Below are positions 25,736-38,884 of a stretch of 64,000 bases of DNA, one piece after another. The notes under the pieces are model-generated. The model was not told the DNA's origin. It made no database searches and saw nothing but the letters and a program-made list of their open reading frames with translations. The stretch's first letter is position 1; each line of letters begins with the position of its first letter. Origin of the DNA: Rhizophagus irregularis (lineage: Eukaryota); contig NC_089435.1 in the NCBI RefSeq assembly GCF_026210795.1, positions 868,001 through 932,000 on the forward strand. The letters run 5' to 3'. A program made the translations under genes and the position numbers.

Positions 25736-28700
25736 TAGCCAGACAAAATAGACAGAATAATAATATATGAACATTAATTTGTTTAATTGCAAAGAAACAA
25801 ATCTTACAATGTATACAAAACTTTTAGCTAAAAAAATAATAAATATGCATATATACGGTGTATTTTATTTTTATCGTAATTGAAGTGATTGAAGAGGTTA
25901 GCTAACGTTTAATTTGAAGAAATAATTCTAAATTTTTATAGGTTGTCGAGCTCTTTATCCCGCCCTATTTGTTAACCGATTTTGGCACATACGCATTTCT
26001 TTATTAATAATTTAAATATAAAATAATACAAATTACGTTACATTAAAGGATATATTTAGCAGTTAAACCTTATTTTCGGAGCGTAACGGAAGTTAGTTTT
26101 TTGTACTAGTTCTCTGTAATGTCTAAACGGAATAGTCTAACCAAAAAATTCTATATAATTATAGTGTATATATTAATTTCCGCAAAGTCTAACCTAAAGT
26201 CTAACTCAAAAATTCTAATCGAAAATAAAAATCTGACCAGAATATCCATGTAAAAATTTCGTATAGTAATTAATGTGTTAGATTCTGAAATGTCTAACCT
26301 AAATTGTCTATCCAAAAATTTTTAACCAACAATTGTTTAGCAAAAGAAACATATCTAACCGAAAAATATCACCAAAAAATCGTATGAATATACAAAAAAA
26401 AAATAATTAAATTAAAAAATTCGGGTCAGAAAAAAAAGTAAAAGAAAAAGGAGGAAACTAAAAAAAAGTTTAAATATTATATGTATTGTATTGAATGAAG
26501 TTTTTTTTTATATATTTTTAATACTTTATTATAAAAAAATCATTTTTTCAAGTTACTACGCAACATTTATACTTTATAAATGTAATCAATTATTTGAAAA
26601 AAATAAATAAAATGAGTGGCTAACAAACAAATAAAAAGTAATTTTAGGTATTTTTTTTTTCATCAAATGAAGGTATGGTTAAAAAAAAATATACTGTAAT
26701 AACAAATTTTATGAACCCCTAAAATTTCTGCAAAGTGTTAAACCACATTTAGTTATAATTTGAACAAATTTGGTAATTGTAGATAAATCTAAACTTAAAA
26801 TTATGCGCGATTGGATTGTTATACGATAACTAATAGATCATGCTTATAAATATTTTATCATTAGTTAATTTATTAGATTTGGTTAACTTCTAATTTCTAA
26901 TTTTGATATTCCTATTTAACACAAAATTTGAGACGTCATAGCGAATTTAAGAAAATAAATATAAACTCTCAAGTTTATTACACAATTTATGATTTTGCAT
27001 AATAAAAAAAATATCACATTTTTTTGCAAATCTTTTTATATCAGAAAAAAAGTTTAATTTTGACGTACTGTACTTTTTTTATAAAAAAATAAAAAAAAAA
27101 AATTAGGAGAATTTTATAAGTATTAATCCTGCGACATGTCGAATTAGTAAATTCTATTTTTCTTCCAATTTATTTTGTAATATAGCAGAAACAATATAAA
27201 TCAAGTATGATAACGTTACTATAAAGAGTTATGGTGTAAAACGTACGACTTGTTTAACTTTAAACCATGGTTTCTTATTAGTCAACAGTGAATTTTTTTT
27301 TTAATTCTAATGTTATAATTGCTTAATTTAAAGCACAAACTACTATATTAAACAGAGGGTTATATTTAATGCACCAGATGATTTAATTCAAAATTAGTTA
27401 AACGTAATATAAATTCAATATAAATAATTATGCATGTTCATCATCAAGTGTTTGTAAAATTTTCAAATTACATAATCTCTTTTTACAGTTATCACGTGAT
27501 TCAGAAATTCTTTTTTATTTATGCACCTGCAGCCCCTGCAGCACAATTTCATCACATTAATCATCACTCTATTTATCACCTGTACCGTACAATATTTATT
27601 TATATTATGCATGAGCGTGACAATTAACTCGTTTGCTTTGTTTACGAAATTTTGTGAAACTCGCTCCGGAATTTGTTAATCCATAAATTTCATTTTTAAC
27701 AAAAAAAATTTAAAGTACGCTACTTAGACAAAAGTATTGGACCTTCTATTTTGTTAATTACTCAAACAATAATACTTGAAATTTTAATATGTTGACGTAG
27801 ACCCTACAAAACATATATTCAAAATTTCGTAGTTCTAGCCTTCATATAACTATGTTAATTAAAAAAGAATTTGGTAATTGTTACATTGGATCCTCTATTT
27901 TTGTTAATTACTTAAAATTACACATAATAAAAATGCTTGAAATTTTAATGTATTAATTAAAAAAATTTGAAAAATTTCTGATTGATCGTTAAATTAAAAA
28001 AAAAAAAGAATAATTTTTTTTATAGATACTTGTTAATTTCTAAAAAGACAAAAATATAAAAAATTCATATATTTTATCCTTTAAAACTTTGGCTTTCAAA
28101 CAATATAAAATTAAAGCATTTTATTATATAAAATTTTTGATAAATATAAGCGTACAGTACTGTTATTATTTTTAAAAATTAATTTTCTCCCAATTTTTTT
28201 TTATATTTTTAATTAATGAAAAAATTACATTTTATCTTTTTTTTTATTCATTTTATTAATTGTTTTTTTATTATTTAATAAAATTTGTGCAAAAAAATGC
28301 AATTATCATAAATAATTTTTTGGGTAAAAAAAAAACCAAATTCGGAAATTTTTTCATCTAAAAAAGCATTTTTTTAATGAAAAGATAAAAAAATCAAGAA
28401 TCAGAATCTAAAAAGTATTTTTTAATGTAACAAAAGAAATTTTAGTTCAAAAAAAAAAAAAGAAAAGAAAAAACTGACAATAAAACATTACCTACCAGCA
28501 GCTTCCATTATGATCGGTTCCTTCCATTTAAAACGCTAAGACCAAACCTAAGGTGAGAAAAACAATTCTTTCCGATGGGTCTCATTAAGAAAAAAAAATT
28601 ATTTATTAGAAATAATTGTCATTTTTTTTTTAGTGGAATAACCTACCGATCATCCGCAGCAAAGTAGTATCAGAACGTGGGTGCGACCTACTGAAAAAAA

Positions 28701-28991
28701 TTTTAAACAATTAATAATTAATAAATGTATTACTAATCAGTCAATAAATACCGATTATCTTGAATTTTAAGGTAATTAATTAACTAAAATAATAAAATAA
28801 GAAGTTAAATTATTGACTAGAATTATTTGAATAAATAATGATGAAAAAAATTAACTGCAGCAAGTACTTTGCATTAAATGAATGATTTTCATAATTTGCA
28901 TTTTCCATGTAATACCAAAAATCACCCGATAGTCTAATAAGTTGAATAAAAATCTACATTCGCGAAACTTAAATTATTCAACACGAATATA

Positions 28992-30534
28992 TAGAAAGTA
29001 AGTAACGGAAATTGGCAAAGTAACGTAAAGTCACATGATCTATTACGTTACTTCTCTTATATAAGGTACGGAACGTAAATTTTTTTGGTAAATACTTAAC
29101 GCTACTCCTTATATTTGCCACATAATCACGTCATGTTTATTTGTTTATCAAATCTCGTTTTCAATATAGGTTCATTTCCTCGGTTCCTTCCGGTTCTGCA
29201 ATTAAGGTTCAGTTGTTTTTTTATTTCATTTCAGTTCTAAAATTAATAAAGGTATTTTTTTTATTTTTTTTATTTTTTTTTATTTCGTTTTTATCTTATA
29301 TTTCGTTTCTTACTAACTTCATTTTTTTTTACTTTATGGTTTATTTTTACTTGGTTTCCTATCATTACCCAACCTCCTATCATGATCATTTTTTTATTTT
29401 TTGTCTCTCATCATTTTCACCTCATATTACTTCTCATTATTCGTCTCCCATTATTTCTATTACATCTTTTTATTTTCCATTATTTCTTTTTCTCTCCTGT
29501 TTACTTCCTATCATTTCTTTTTGTTTCTCATCACTTCCTTTCGTCTTCCATCACTCCTCTTTGTCTCCAATCACTTCTTTTCGTCTCCCATCTCTCCTTT
29601 TCGTCTCTCATCACTTCTTTTCGTCTCCCATCACTCCTCTTTATCTCCCATCACTTCTTTTCGTCTCCCATCACTCCTATCACTTCTTTTCGTTTCCAAT
29701 CACTCCTTTTCGTCTCCCATCATTTCTTTTTGTCTCTCATCACTTCTTTTCGTCTCCCATCTCTCCTTTTCGTCTTCCATCTCTCCTTTTCGTCTTCCAT
29801 CTCTCCTTTTCGTCTCTCATCACTTCTTTTCGTCTCCCATCTCTCCTCTTTGTCACCCATCATTTCTTTTCGTCTCTCATTACTCATCTTCGTCTCCCAT
29901 CACTCCTTTTTATCTCTCATCATGTTCTATTTCTCCTTTTTGTTTCCTATCACTTCTCATTGCTCTTTTTTACTCCCTTTCATCTTCTATTACTTTCCAT
30001 TACTCCATTGTTATTTCATTTTTTTATTAGCATCTTTTTCCTTGATCATTATAATTTACTTATCTTTTTTATTTATTGTTATTGTTTTTTTTATTTTGTA
30101 TCACTTCATTAAAAATAATTAAATAAACATGGTGATTATTTCTTTAAAATCTAAAACGTGTGACTTAAATTTTAATATTTACGAATAAAATTTCATTAAA
30201 TAAGATTATTTTGAATTAAATATGTTTGCAAAAAAAATTTTTTAAAAATATCTTCGCAATAAAATTTTAAGTTTAACCGATCAAAATTAGCTAAGTTAAA
30301 ATGATCAGATCAGCTATCAGCCGATTCTCTATATATTGTGCATCATGTGACAATTGTGGACTTCAAAAAAAACCCAGACGATGATCGATGATCGCCCAGG
30401 CAACCCTATATTATTTTCTGTACCTTACTTATATAAGGGGAATATAATTGACTTTACGCTCCGTGAGGGAGTAACCTAAAATAGTAATATTACGTTACTT
30501 ACTTAGCCAATTTCCGTTACTCACTTACTACCTG
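28992..30534. mobile_element. Non-autonomous DNA element with TIRs and an internal 21-bp minisatellite
   Basis: Inverted repeat AAGT(A/G)AGTAACGGAAATTGGC at 28996-29016 and 30506-30527; the right half recurs at 52983-53888; no TSD identified. Confidence 0.7.
29430..29960. repeat. 21-bp pyrimidine-rich minisatellite (cttttcgtctcccatcactcc)n
   Basis: More than 20 imperfect units; these explain the spurious F/S/L-rich ORFs in three frames. Confidence 0.9.
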
Positions 30535-31120
30535 CCGATAAAACAACATCTATAATATTTTAAAAATATTTTAAAACTAATAATTTTTATAAAATTGTCT
30601 ATTTTTTACATTTTTCAAATAATATAACTAATTCACATTAATTTATTATACATATTATAGGAACTTTAAACTCAAACTGATTGTAAAACATATGTACTTT
30701 CAATTTTACAATAAAAATCCCAGAAATTATTGTGTAAAGTGGATCCACAACGGATATTATCAATATTATCAGAGTCATATTTAATATATTTTGGCTTAAA
30801 AGAAGACCAAATTATTGTATAGAAAAAATTTTTTAATGTTTGTCCCCAATCATATTGTGACTTATGTAATGCTTATGTAAATCAAAAAATTAAACATGTT
30901 GATTATATAAATTTTAGAGCGCAGTAAATTTGTGTCACATGAAGATCTTATGACACAGCTGAACAAAATGGATCACGTATTAATTAAGTAAAAACTTATG
31001 GCGTAGAATGTAGTTTTGCTAAGTGAAATTAATTTGCCATCTGAAATTTCAAGTTCAAAATAATATTATCTAACTATGATAGAAAAAGCGACTATTTATC
31101 TATTGATTTTAACAACTACC

Positions 31121-31306
31121 CCAGTCGCACCGACAAAAATTTAGCACTACGGCATTATGCATGAACACGTGAAATAAACAAATAAGATTTTACCTACTCA
31201 AAAAAAAAAAACCTAAGTCCCTCAGATGAATAGAAACCTGACGGGGCGACGCCGGCGACGGGGCGTGCTGTCTGTGATGATCGCTAAATTTTTATCGGTG
31301 CACTGG
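31121..31306. mobile_element. Degenerate MITE upstream of the Sel1 kinase
   Basis: Inverted repeat CCAGT(C)GCACCGAYAAAAATTTAGC at both ends. Confidence 0.55.
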
Positions 31307-31506
31307 ACTGGTTGATTTTTAACTCAATGCAGATCACTTACCGGAAAAAATATGACCCAAAAAAAATCAATTTTATTTATTTATTTTTATTATTACTTCT
31401 TCTTTTGGTAAAATATTCCTTTTTTGTAACTCATTCACGATGATTTAAAAATTTTGTCAAAAAAAAAAATAAATTCTTTCAATAAAATAAGTTTCTAAAT
31501 TATAAA

Positions 31507-34500
31507 ATGGAAACGAAATTTAGCAATTTAAATATCAAAAATTGTTTATATTGCAATAACCCTTTTACTAAAGAATTATGGTGTAAAGAATGCATTAATT
31601 CTTTAGAAAAATTAGCAGAAAATGGTAATAAAGAAGCAATGTTCAATTTAACCATACATTATGGAAATGGAATGGAAAAGAATTTAGAAAAAGCCTTTTA
31701 TTGGTATCAAAAAGCAGCAGAAAATGGTCTTAAAGATGCAATGCTTAATTTAGCCATACATTATGAAGGTGAAGAAGAAACAGAAATGAATTTTGAAAAA
31801 GCCTTTCATTGGCATCAAAAAGCAGCAGAAAAAGATCATATTAAAGCAATTATTAATTTGGCCATATTTTATAAAAATGGAAAACAAACAGAAAAGAATA
31901 GTGAAAAAGTCTTTTATTGTTATCTAAAAGTATTTACTTTAGCCCTACGTTATGAAAATGGAGAAGGAACAGTAAAGAATTTAGGAAAAGCCTATTATTG
32001 GTATCAAAAAGCAGTAGAAAATGGTAATGAAGAAACAATGCTTACTTTAGCCATGCGTTATGAAAATGGAGAAGGAACAGAAAAGAATTTAGATAAAGCC
32101 TTTTATTGGTATCAAAAAGCAGCAGAAAATAATTTTATTATTGCAATGGTGTATTTAGCCTTTTGTTATAAAAATGGAAAAGGAACAGAAAAGAATTTAG
32201 AAAAAACCTTTTATTGGTATCATAAAGTAGCAGAAAGGGGTATTAATGAAGTAATGCTTATTTTAGCTATACGTTATGAAAATGGAGAAGGAACAGAAAA
32301 AAATTTAGAAAAAGCCTTTTATTGGTATCAAAAAGCAGCAGAAAATGGTTGCACTGATACAATGTTTAATTTAGCCATATGTTATGAAAATGGAAAAGGA
32401 ACAGAAAAGAATTTAGAAAAAGCCTTCTATTGGTATCAAAAAGCAGCTGAAAATGGTATTAAAGAAGCAATGATCATTTTAGCCTTATTTTATGAAAATG
32501 GAGAAGGAACCGAAAAGAATTTTGAAAAAGCCTTTTATTGGTTTCAAAAAGCAGCAGAAAATGGCTTTATTATTGCAATGTCTATTTTAGCCATATATTA
32601 TATAATTGGAAAAGGAACAGAAAAAAATTTAGAAAAAGCCTTTTATTGGTATCAAAAAGCAGCAGAAAATGGTGTTAAAAAGGTAATGTTTAATGTGGTC
32701 AATAGATATTATAATGGAGAAGGAACAGAAACGAATTTCGAAAAAGCTTTTTATTGGTATCAAAAAGCAGCGGAAAATGGTGTTAAAGAAGCAATGATTA
32801 ATTTGGCCATATGTTATAAAAATGGAGAAGGAACTGAAAAAAATTTAGGAGAAGCCTTTTATTGGTATCAAAAAGCAGCAGAAAATGGTGTTAAAGAAGC
32901 AATGATTAATTTGGCCATATGTTATAAAAATGGAGAAGGAACTGAAAAGAATTTAGAAAAAGCCTTTCATTGGTTTCAAAAAGTAGCAGAAAATGGTATT
33001 AAAGAAGCAATGCTTATTTTAGCCTTATGTTATGAAAATGGAGAAGGAACAGAGAAGAATTTAGAAAAAGCCTTTTATTGGTTTCAAAAAGCAGCAGAAA
33101 ATGATTATACTGATGCAATGTTTAACTTAGCCATATGTTATGAAAATGGAGAAGGAACAGAAAAGAATTTAGAAAAAGCCTTTTATTGGTATCAAAAAGC
33201 AGCAGAAAATGGTATTAAAGAAGCAATGACTATTTTAGCCTTCTACTATGAAAATGGAAAAGGAACAGAAAAGAATTTAGAAAAAGCCTTTTATTGGTAC
33301 CAAAAAGCAGCAAAAAATGGTTTTAATATTGCAATGTCTATTTTAATTGTATATTATGAAATTGGAAAAGGAACAGAAAAGAATTTGGAAAAGGTCTTTT
33401 ATTGGTATCAAAAAGCAGCAGAATATGGTGATAGTGAAGCAATGTTTAATTTAGCCAATAGGTATTATAATATAGAAAGATCTGAAAAGAATTTAGAAAA
33501 AGCTTTTTATTGGTATCAAAAAGCGGCAGAAAATGGTGTTAAAGAAGCAATGTTTAGTTTGGCCATACGTTATAATAATGGAGAAGGAACAGAAGAGAAT
33601 TTAGATAAAGCCTTTTATTGGTATCAAAAAGCAGCAGAAAATGGTCACACTGATGCAATGTTTAGTTTGGCCATATGTTATAAAAATGGAAAAGGAACAG
33701 AAAAGAAATTAAATGAGGCTTTTTATTGGTATCTAAAAGCAGTGGAAAATGGTCACACTGTTGCAATGTTTAATTTAGCCATATGTTATAAAAATGGAAA
33801 TGGATCAGAAAAGAATATAGATAAAGCTTTTTATTGGTATCAAAAATCAGCAGAAAATAGTATTAAAGAAGCAATGTTTAGTTTAGCTATTTGTTATTAT
33901 AATGGAGAAGGAACAGAAAAGAATTTAGAAAAAGCCTTTTATTGGTATCAAAAAGCAGCAGAAAAAGATCATATTGAAGCAATGAATAATTTAGCCACAT
34001 GTTATGACAATGGAGAAGGAACAGAAAAGAATTTAGAAAAAGCTTTTTATTGGTATCAAAAAGTAGCAGAAAGTAATAAAGTGAACCCCAATACTAAAGT
34101 TGAATTATGTAATGAATGCAAACAACCATACACTGATTATCAGTGGTGTCAACAATGTAATGCTAAACAATTTCAACAAGATTTTTCAAAATGGACTAGT
34201 AAAAATAAGTTTATTGATAAATTTATTCGAGAAGCACAATCAAATGCTAAAAATAGTTATGAAATTTTGGAATGGATACCATATGATAAACTGTCAAGTA
34301 TTAATTATTATGATAAAGGAGGATTCAGTGAAATTCATAAAGCTATCTGGTTAGATGGACCTATTTTTAGTTGGAATTTTGACAAAAAACAATGGAATAG
34401 ATGTAATTTTCAAACAGGTTACGAGGTTATTCTTAAAACACTTAATAATTCATCAAATTTAAATAATAAATTTCTTGAGGAGGTATGTTATTTATATTAT

Positions 34501-35444
34501 TTAATATCAAATTTTATTTTCTCTTGCAAAAATTTAATAATTTATTATTATTTATATAGTGGAAATATCATTATAACTGTCAGAAAAAATCATTTTCAAA
34601 GTTTATTCAATTCTTTGGAATTACTCAAGATCCAAATAGTTTAAATTATATAGTAGTAATGAGTTATGCAAAAAAAGGAAGTTTGAGAAAATGCTTATCT
34701 GATATAATTAAGTTTAAGTGGCAAGACAAATTACAATTATTAAAAAAAATTATATTAGGACTTAAAGTAATCCATGAATCAAATTTAACTCATGGTGATT
34801 TTCATGATGGCAATATTTTAATGTCAGATAATCATAATGAATTATTTATTATTGATTTAGGATTATGTAAACCTATAAATGATTCACAGGATTCTGATAA
34901 TGAAATTTATGGAGTTTTACCTTATATGGCGCCTGAAATATTAAGATATAATCCCTATACTCCAGCAAGTGATATTTATAGTTTTTCAATGATAATGTGG
35001 GAATTTACATCAGGTATTCCCCCATTTAAATATGAAGCACATGATCATGATCTGATCTTGAGTATTTGTAAAGGAGAACGTCCTGAAATTATAAAAAATA
35101 CTCCAAAATGTTATGTGGATTTAATGAAAAAATGTTGGGATTCAAATCCTGCCAATAGACCAACTATAATAATGCTTGAGAATATTATATCTGAATGGAT
35201 TGAATGTATTAGTGATTATTATAGAATAAACAGGGATGGAAATTATATATTTGATGTACCTAATATTGATAATCAATTAAAAGATGTTATGTTGGAATTT
35301 GTTATAGCAAACAAATCTTTATCACAGGAACAAGTAAATCCTTCTATTACACAATCTCATCCACAAGCACATTATACAAGTCGCAAGCTTGCTGAAATTT
35401 TAGTTCAAGAGACTCAGGGTTTTGAATGTGTAATTGAAGATTAA
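31507..35444 (+). CDS. Sel1-repeat (~23 x 36 aa) TKL protein kinase (~1286 aa)
   Basis: Exons 31507-34482 and 34560-35444; 108-bp repeats EAMFNLAICYENGEGTEKNLEKAFYWYQKAAENG; kinase motifs KGGFS, VILK, HGDFHDGN, DLG and APE. Confidence 0.93.
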
Positions 35445-35546
35445 CATATCTGTTGTTTATTCTTTATTTATTTTTTATCAGTTAATAATTATTATATAGT
35501 AAATAATTGTGCTATTCTACCATTTTTACAATAAAGTAATCATTGG

Positions 35547-36698
35547 CAAGATTTTTTACATTCTTCTAGTTATTTTATATTAATTTTAATTTTTAGTTAC
35601 AAAATTATGCAATTACATGAAATAAATAGATTGAATATACTGGTAAACCATAAACTCTATCTATTAATTAATATTCGCTAATATTAATGATGATATTGTA
35701 TTTAATTATTAATATACCTTATTTAAATCATTTATATTGATTATCCTAGCTTTAAAACTAATTTTTATATCTTCAGTTCTTCACTATTATAATTCCAAAA
35801 GTAATAATACGGTAATACTTTTTTAATATTCTATATTAGGTACTATAAAGTATAAGTAACTAATAGCAATGCTAGGTATCCATCATGACGAGAATTATTT
35901 GCTTGTAATATATTAAAATGGATATAAATTTGAAATGAATAAATAACTCGTAATGATAGAAATGTATTATATGGCTAATATTAAAACGGAAAACGATTTA
36001 ATATTAAAGATCTTGGATCTTGTAGAACAGCTATACTTCATATGGTTCCCAAAGTTATACACATATTAATATAAACTTTTAAATTAAATATAAATTTTTG
36101 TTGAACGACTATGCTTTAGTAATTTTTTTTAGAAATTTTAGTAGCTAAAAATTAAGAAAGCAGAGTTATTTTTGTTATTTGAAAAAAGTACGCGTTTAAA
36201 AAATACTTATATATATATTGAATTTTATTTTTCATAACTTGCTAGTTATATTTAGATTATTGGTAAGGTTAAACAATCATGAATAATTTCTTAATTTATA
36301 AAATTCTAAATTCGTATTTATTTTAAAAATATTTTAATGGTAAAAATTATAATAAGTAAGATTATATAATAATGTTATTTAAATATGATGATTTTATAAT
36401 TCATATCGATATTTTGAATATACTTGAATTAAATAAATCGATAAATATTTGCATATAATTAAGTTTTTATTTACCGAGATTATCTAATTTTTGAATCTTC
36501 GGATTTAAATCCAAGTTCCTCCGATCGGTTCGGATTTAGGTAAAAACTTTCCGCTTCTGTGTTTTATTTTTACAAAAGTAAAAATTGTTTTTTTTTCTTT
36601 CCGGCCATTAAACAACCAAAACTTCTGCGTAAATTATTACAGCAGTAATAGATTATATTTATTAGAGATATGGTATAATGAAAGGAATCATCGACTCA
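35547..36698 (+). repeat. Non-coding segment duplicated in inverted orientation at 56078-57248
   Basis: Near-identical reverse complement over ~1.15 kb, with one ~20-bp indel. Confidence 0.92.
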
Positions 36699-37366
36699 AT
36701 TTTCAAGTGGGCGGACAGATGTACATTTTTGTGTGACCGTCATTCACGACTAATAATTCTATTCTTAAGATTTTCATCTTTTGTAATTTCGTTTTATAAA
36801 TTCATCGTGGCCATTTTAGAAAAGGTTATGACGGCAAGAGCGAAAGAAAAATTTGAAAAGTAATTTGCAAGAAGTGCAGTATATAATAATTTCAGCGTCT
36901 AATCTGAAAAGGCGTGATAGCAAACATAAAATTCGAAGGAAATTTTGTTGAAAATTTAGGTAGTATCTTCATTATTATAATCTGTTAATCTTATCAATTG
37001 TAGTAAGAACTAAGTCTTCTCGAATAGTAATCATAATGTTTGAAATATAATTTTTTTTTGTTAAAAAATGAAATTTAAGTGTGAACTTGAATTAATTTTA
37101 AACATTTACCACGTCTCATTCGTCTCAGGCCAAATTTTATTAATAGATTATAATAATAATATTTAATATATTTATTTGATCAAACCATAATCCTATTTGA
37201 AAAAAATAAAAATATTTTTTTCTTTTTTTTTTATTCATGATATGGAAAAACTAAAAAGTACAAATAAATAAATAAATAAAATAAATATACAGTATTGTAT
37301 ATACATCATATATCAAAAAAAAAATATGTATAATAATTTTATTTTACAATTTTACATTGTAAAAAT

Positions 37367-38884
37367 TTAATTCTTCCTAGCAAGAAAATTATAATCAAAT
37401 AAATTCATGGTAAAATTTGAAATTTTAATAAAATTATTTCTAAAAATAGAACCAATATATCCAACTGGAGAAGTTTGTTTTAATTCTATAAATCTAGAAT
37501 TTAGAACGTCAGCAGAACTTCGTTTTAACATTTCAGTTTCATATTCTTTAATACAAGAAATATAATTTTCTGAAGAATAATTAAGTAATGCTTGAGAAAG
37601 AACTTCAGCATCTTGAATAGCATTATTTGCTCCTGATGCTAATACAGGACTCGTAGCATGAGCGGCATCTCCTAATAATGTAATTCTATTACTTGTCCAT
37701 GTATTGACAGATAATGGATCAATGTCTTGTAGCTTCCTTCTTCGTGTAGGATTGTAAGTTTTAGAAGTCGTTTTAGGAACCAAGTCCCATAATTCCAATA
37801 TAATATTAGTCAATTCACATTCTGGTCTTAATTTTCGAATCATATACTTAACATGATCAGCAACAGATGCGGGATCATTATCATCAACATTAATTTGATC
37901 ATCATCTAATTTAGTTGGATATTCAAAAAATATTGTTGTCCTATAATAAGATTCACTCTTATCCTCATCATTGTTTTGTTCTATTGGAATAAAACGAAGA
38001 ACAGTGGCCGTAACTTCTCCATTTAATCCAACAGTCCCCTGAAATGTATCATTTCCATTGAGTTTAATTAATCTGTCTATAAGATTTTTAGGTGCGGTCA
38101 CATCTGTAACAATTATGGTTACTCCATAATCAAAAATTTGTAATTCTGGTAATTTTTGTTTTCGAACTAAAAGAGAGAGAAAAAGAAATACGATTAATTA
38201 TTAATAAAAGATTAAATGTTTTAAGTATCTTTATTTTTATTTGACTTTTTTACCTGGAGAATTGATACCATCTGCACCAACTAAAATATCACAAAATTCT
38301 TTCGAATCATCTTCAAAAAGTACCCAAACACCATCATCAGTTTCTTCATAACCAATACATTTTTTACCCCATTGAACTGGTACATTTTCTAATAGAACAT
38401 GTCTAAGTTTATCACGGTAAGTTATAATTACTGATAAACCAACAGATGTATTTGCAACTTCGAAAACATCTTTAGCTTGTTTAGTTGGAGGTCTTAATAA
38501 CAGATTTCCTGTATGGTCGGAGAGTGAAAATCCATGATATTCTACATTAGGAACTGGATTTGGCATTGCTATTGGAAGGTTTAAAGCGATTGACGAAGGG
38601 ATACAGTTTATAAGAGATCGAGCTCCATAATTGTTTATGCATATATGATAACCTTGCCATCGATCTAGAAATTAGTGTTCGAGTTAGTCAAGTGATTCTT
38701 TAAAAAAATATTATGAAAAATGATTATACAATATATTTTTACGTATACCTTGAGGACTGGATTCTCGATCAAAGATTTTTACATTGAATTCTTTTTTATC
38801 TTTATTTTTTATCAAGGCGTGATAAAGGGTAAGACCTCCTAGACCTGCACCAACAATAATTACAGTCGGAAGTTTTTGTTGCAT
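37367..38884 (-). CDS. FAD-dependent monooxygenase (FAD_binding_3/UbiH-like), 3 exons, ~448 aa
   Basis: VIIVGAGLGGL, DILVGADGINS and RITLLGDAAHATSPVLASGANNAIQDA; exons 38884-38749, 38664-38254 and 38166-37367. Confidence 0.93.

Noticed and set aside
26100..28500. TCTAACC-type short repeats and weak inverted similarity
   Set aside because: No definable termini; cannot be distinguished from decayed AT-rich TE debris.
29141..30122. Three long overlapping F/S/L-rich ORFs
   Set aside because: They are by-products of a stop-free 21-bp pyrimidine minisatellite.
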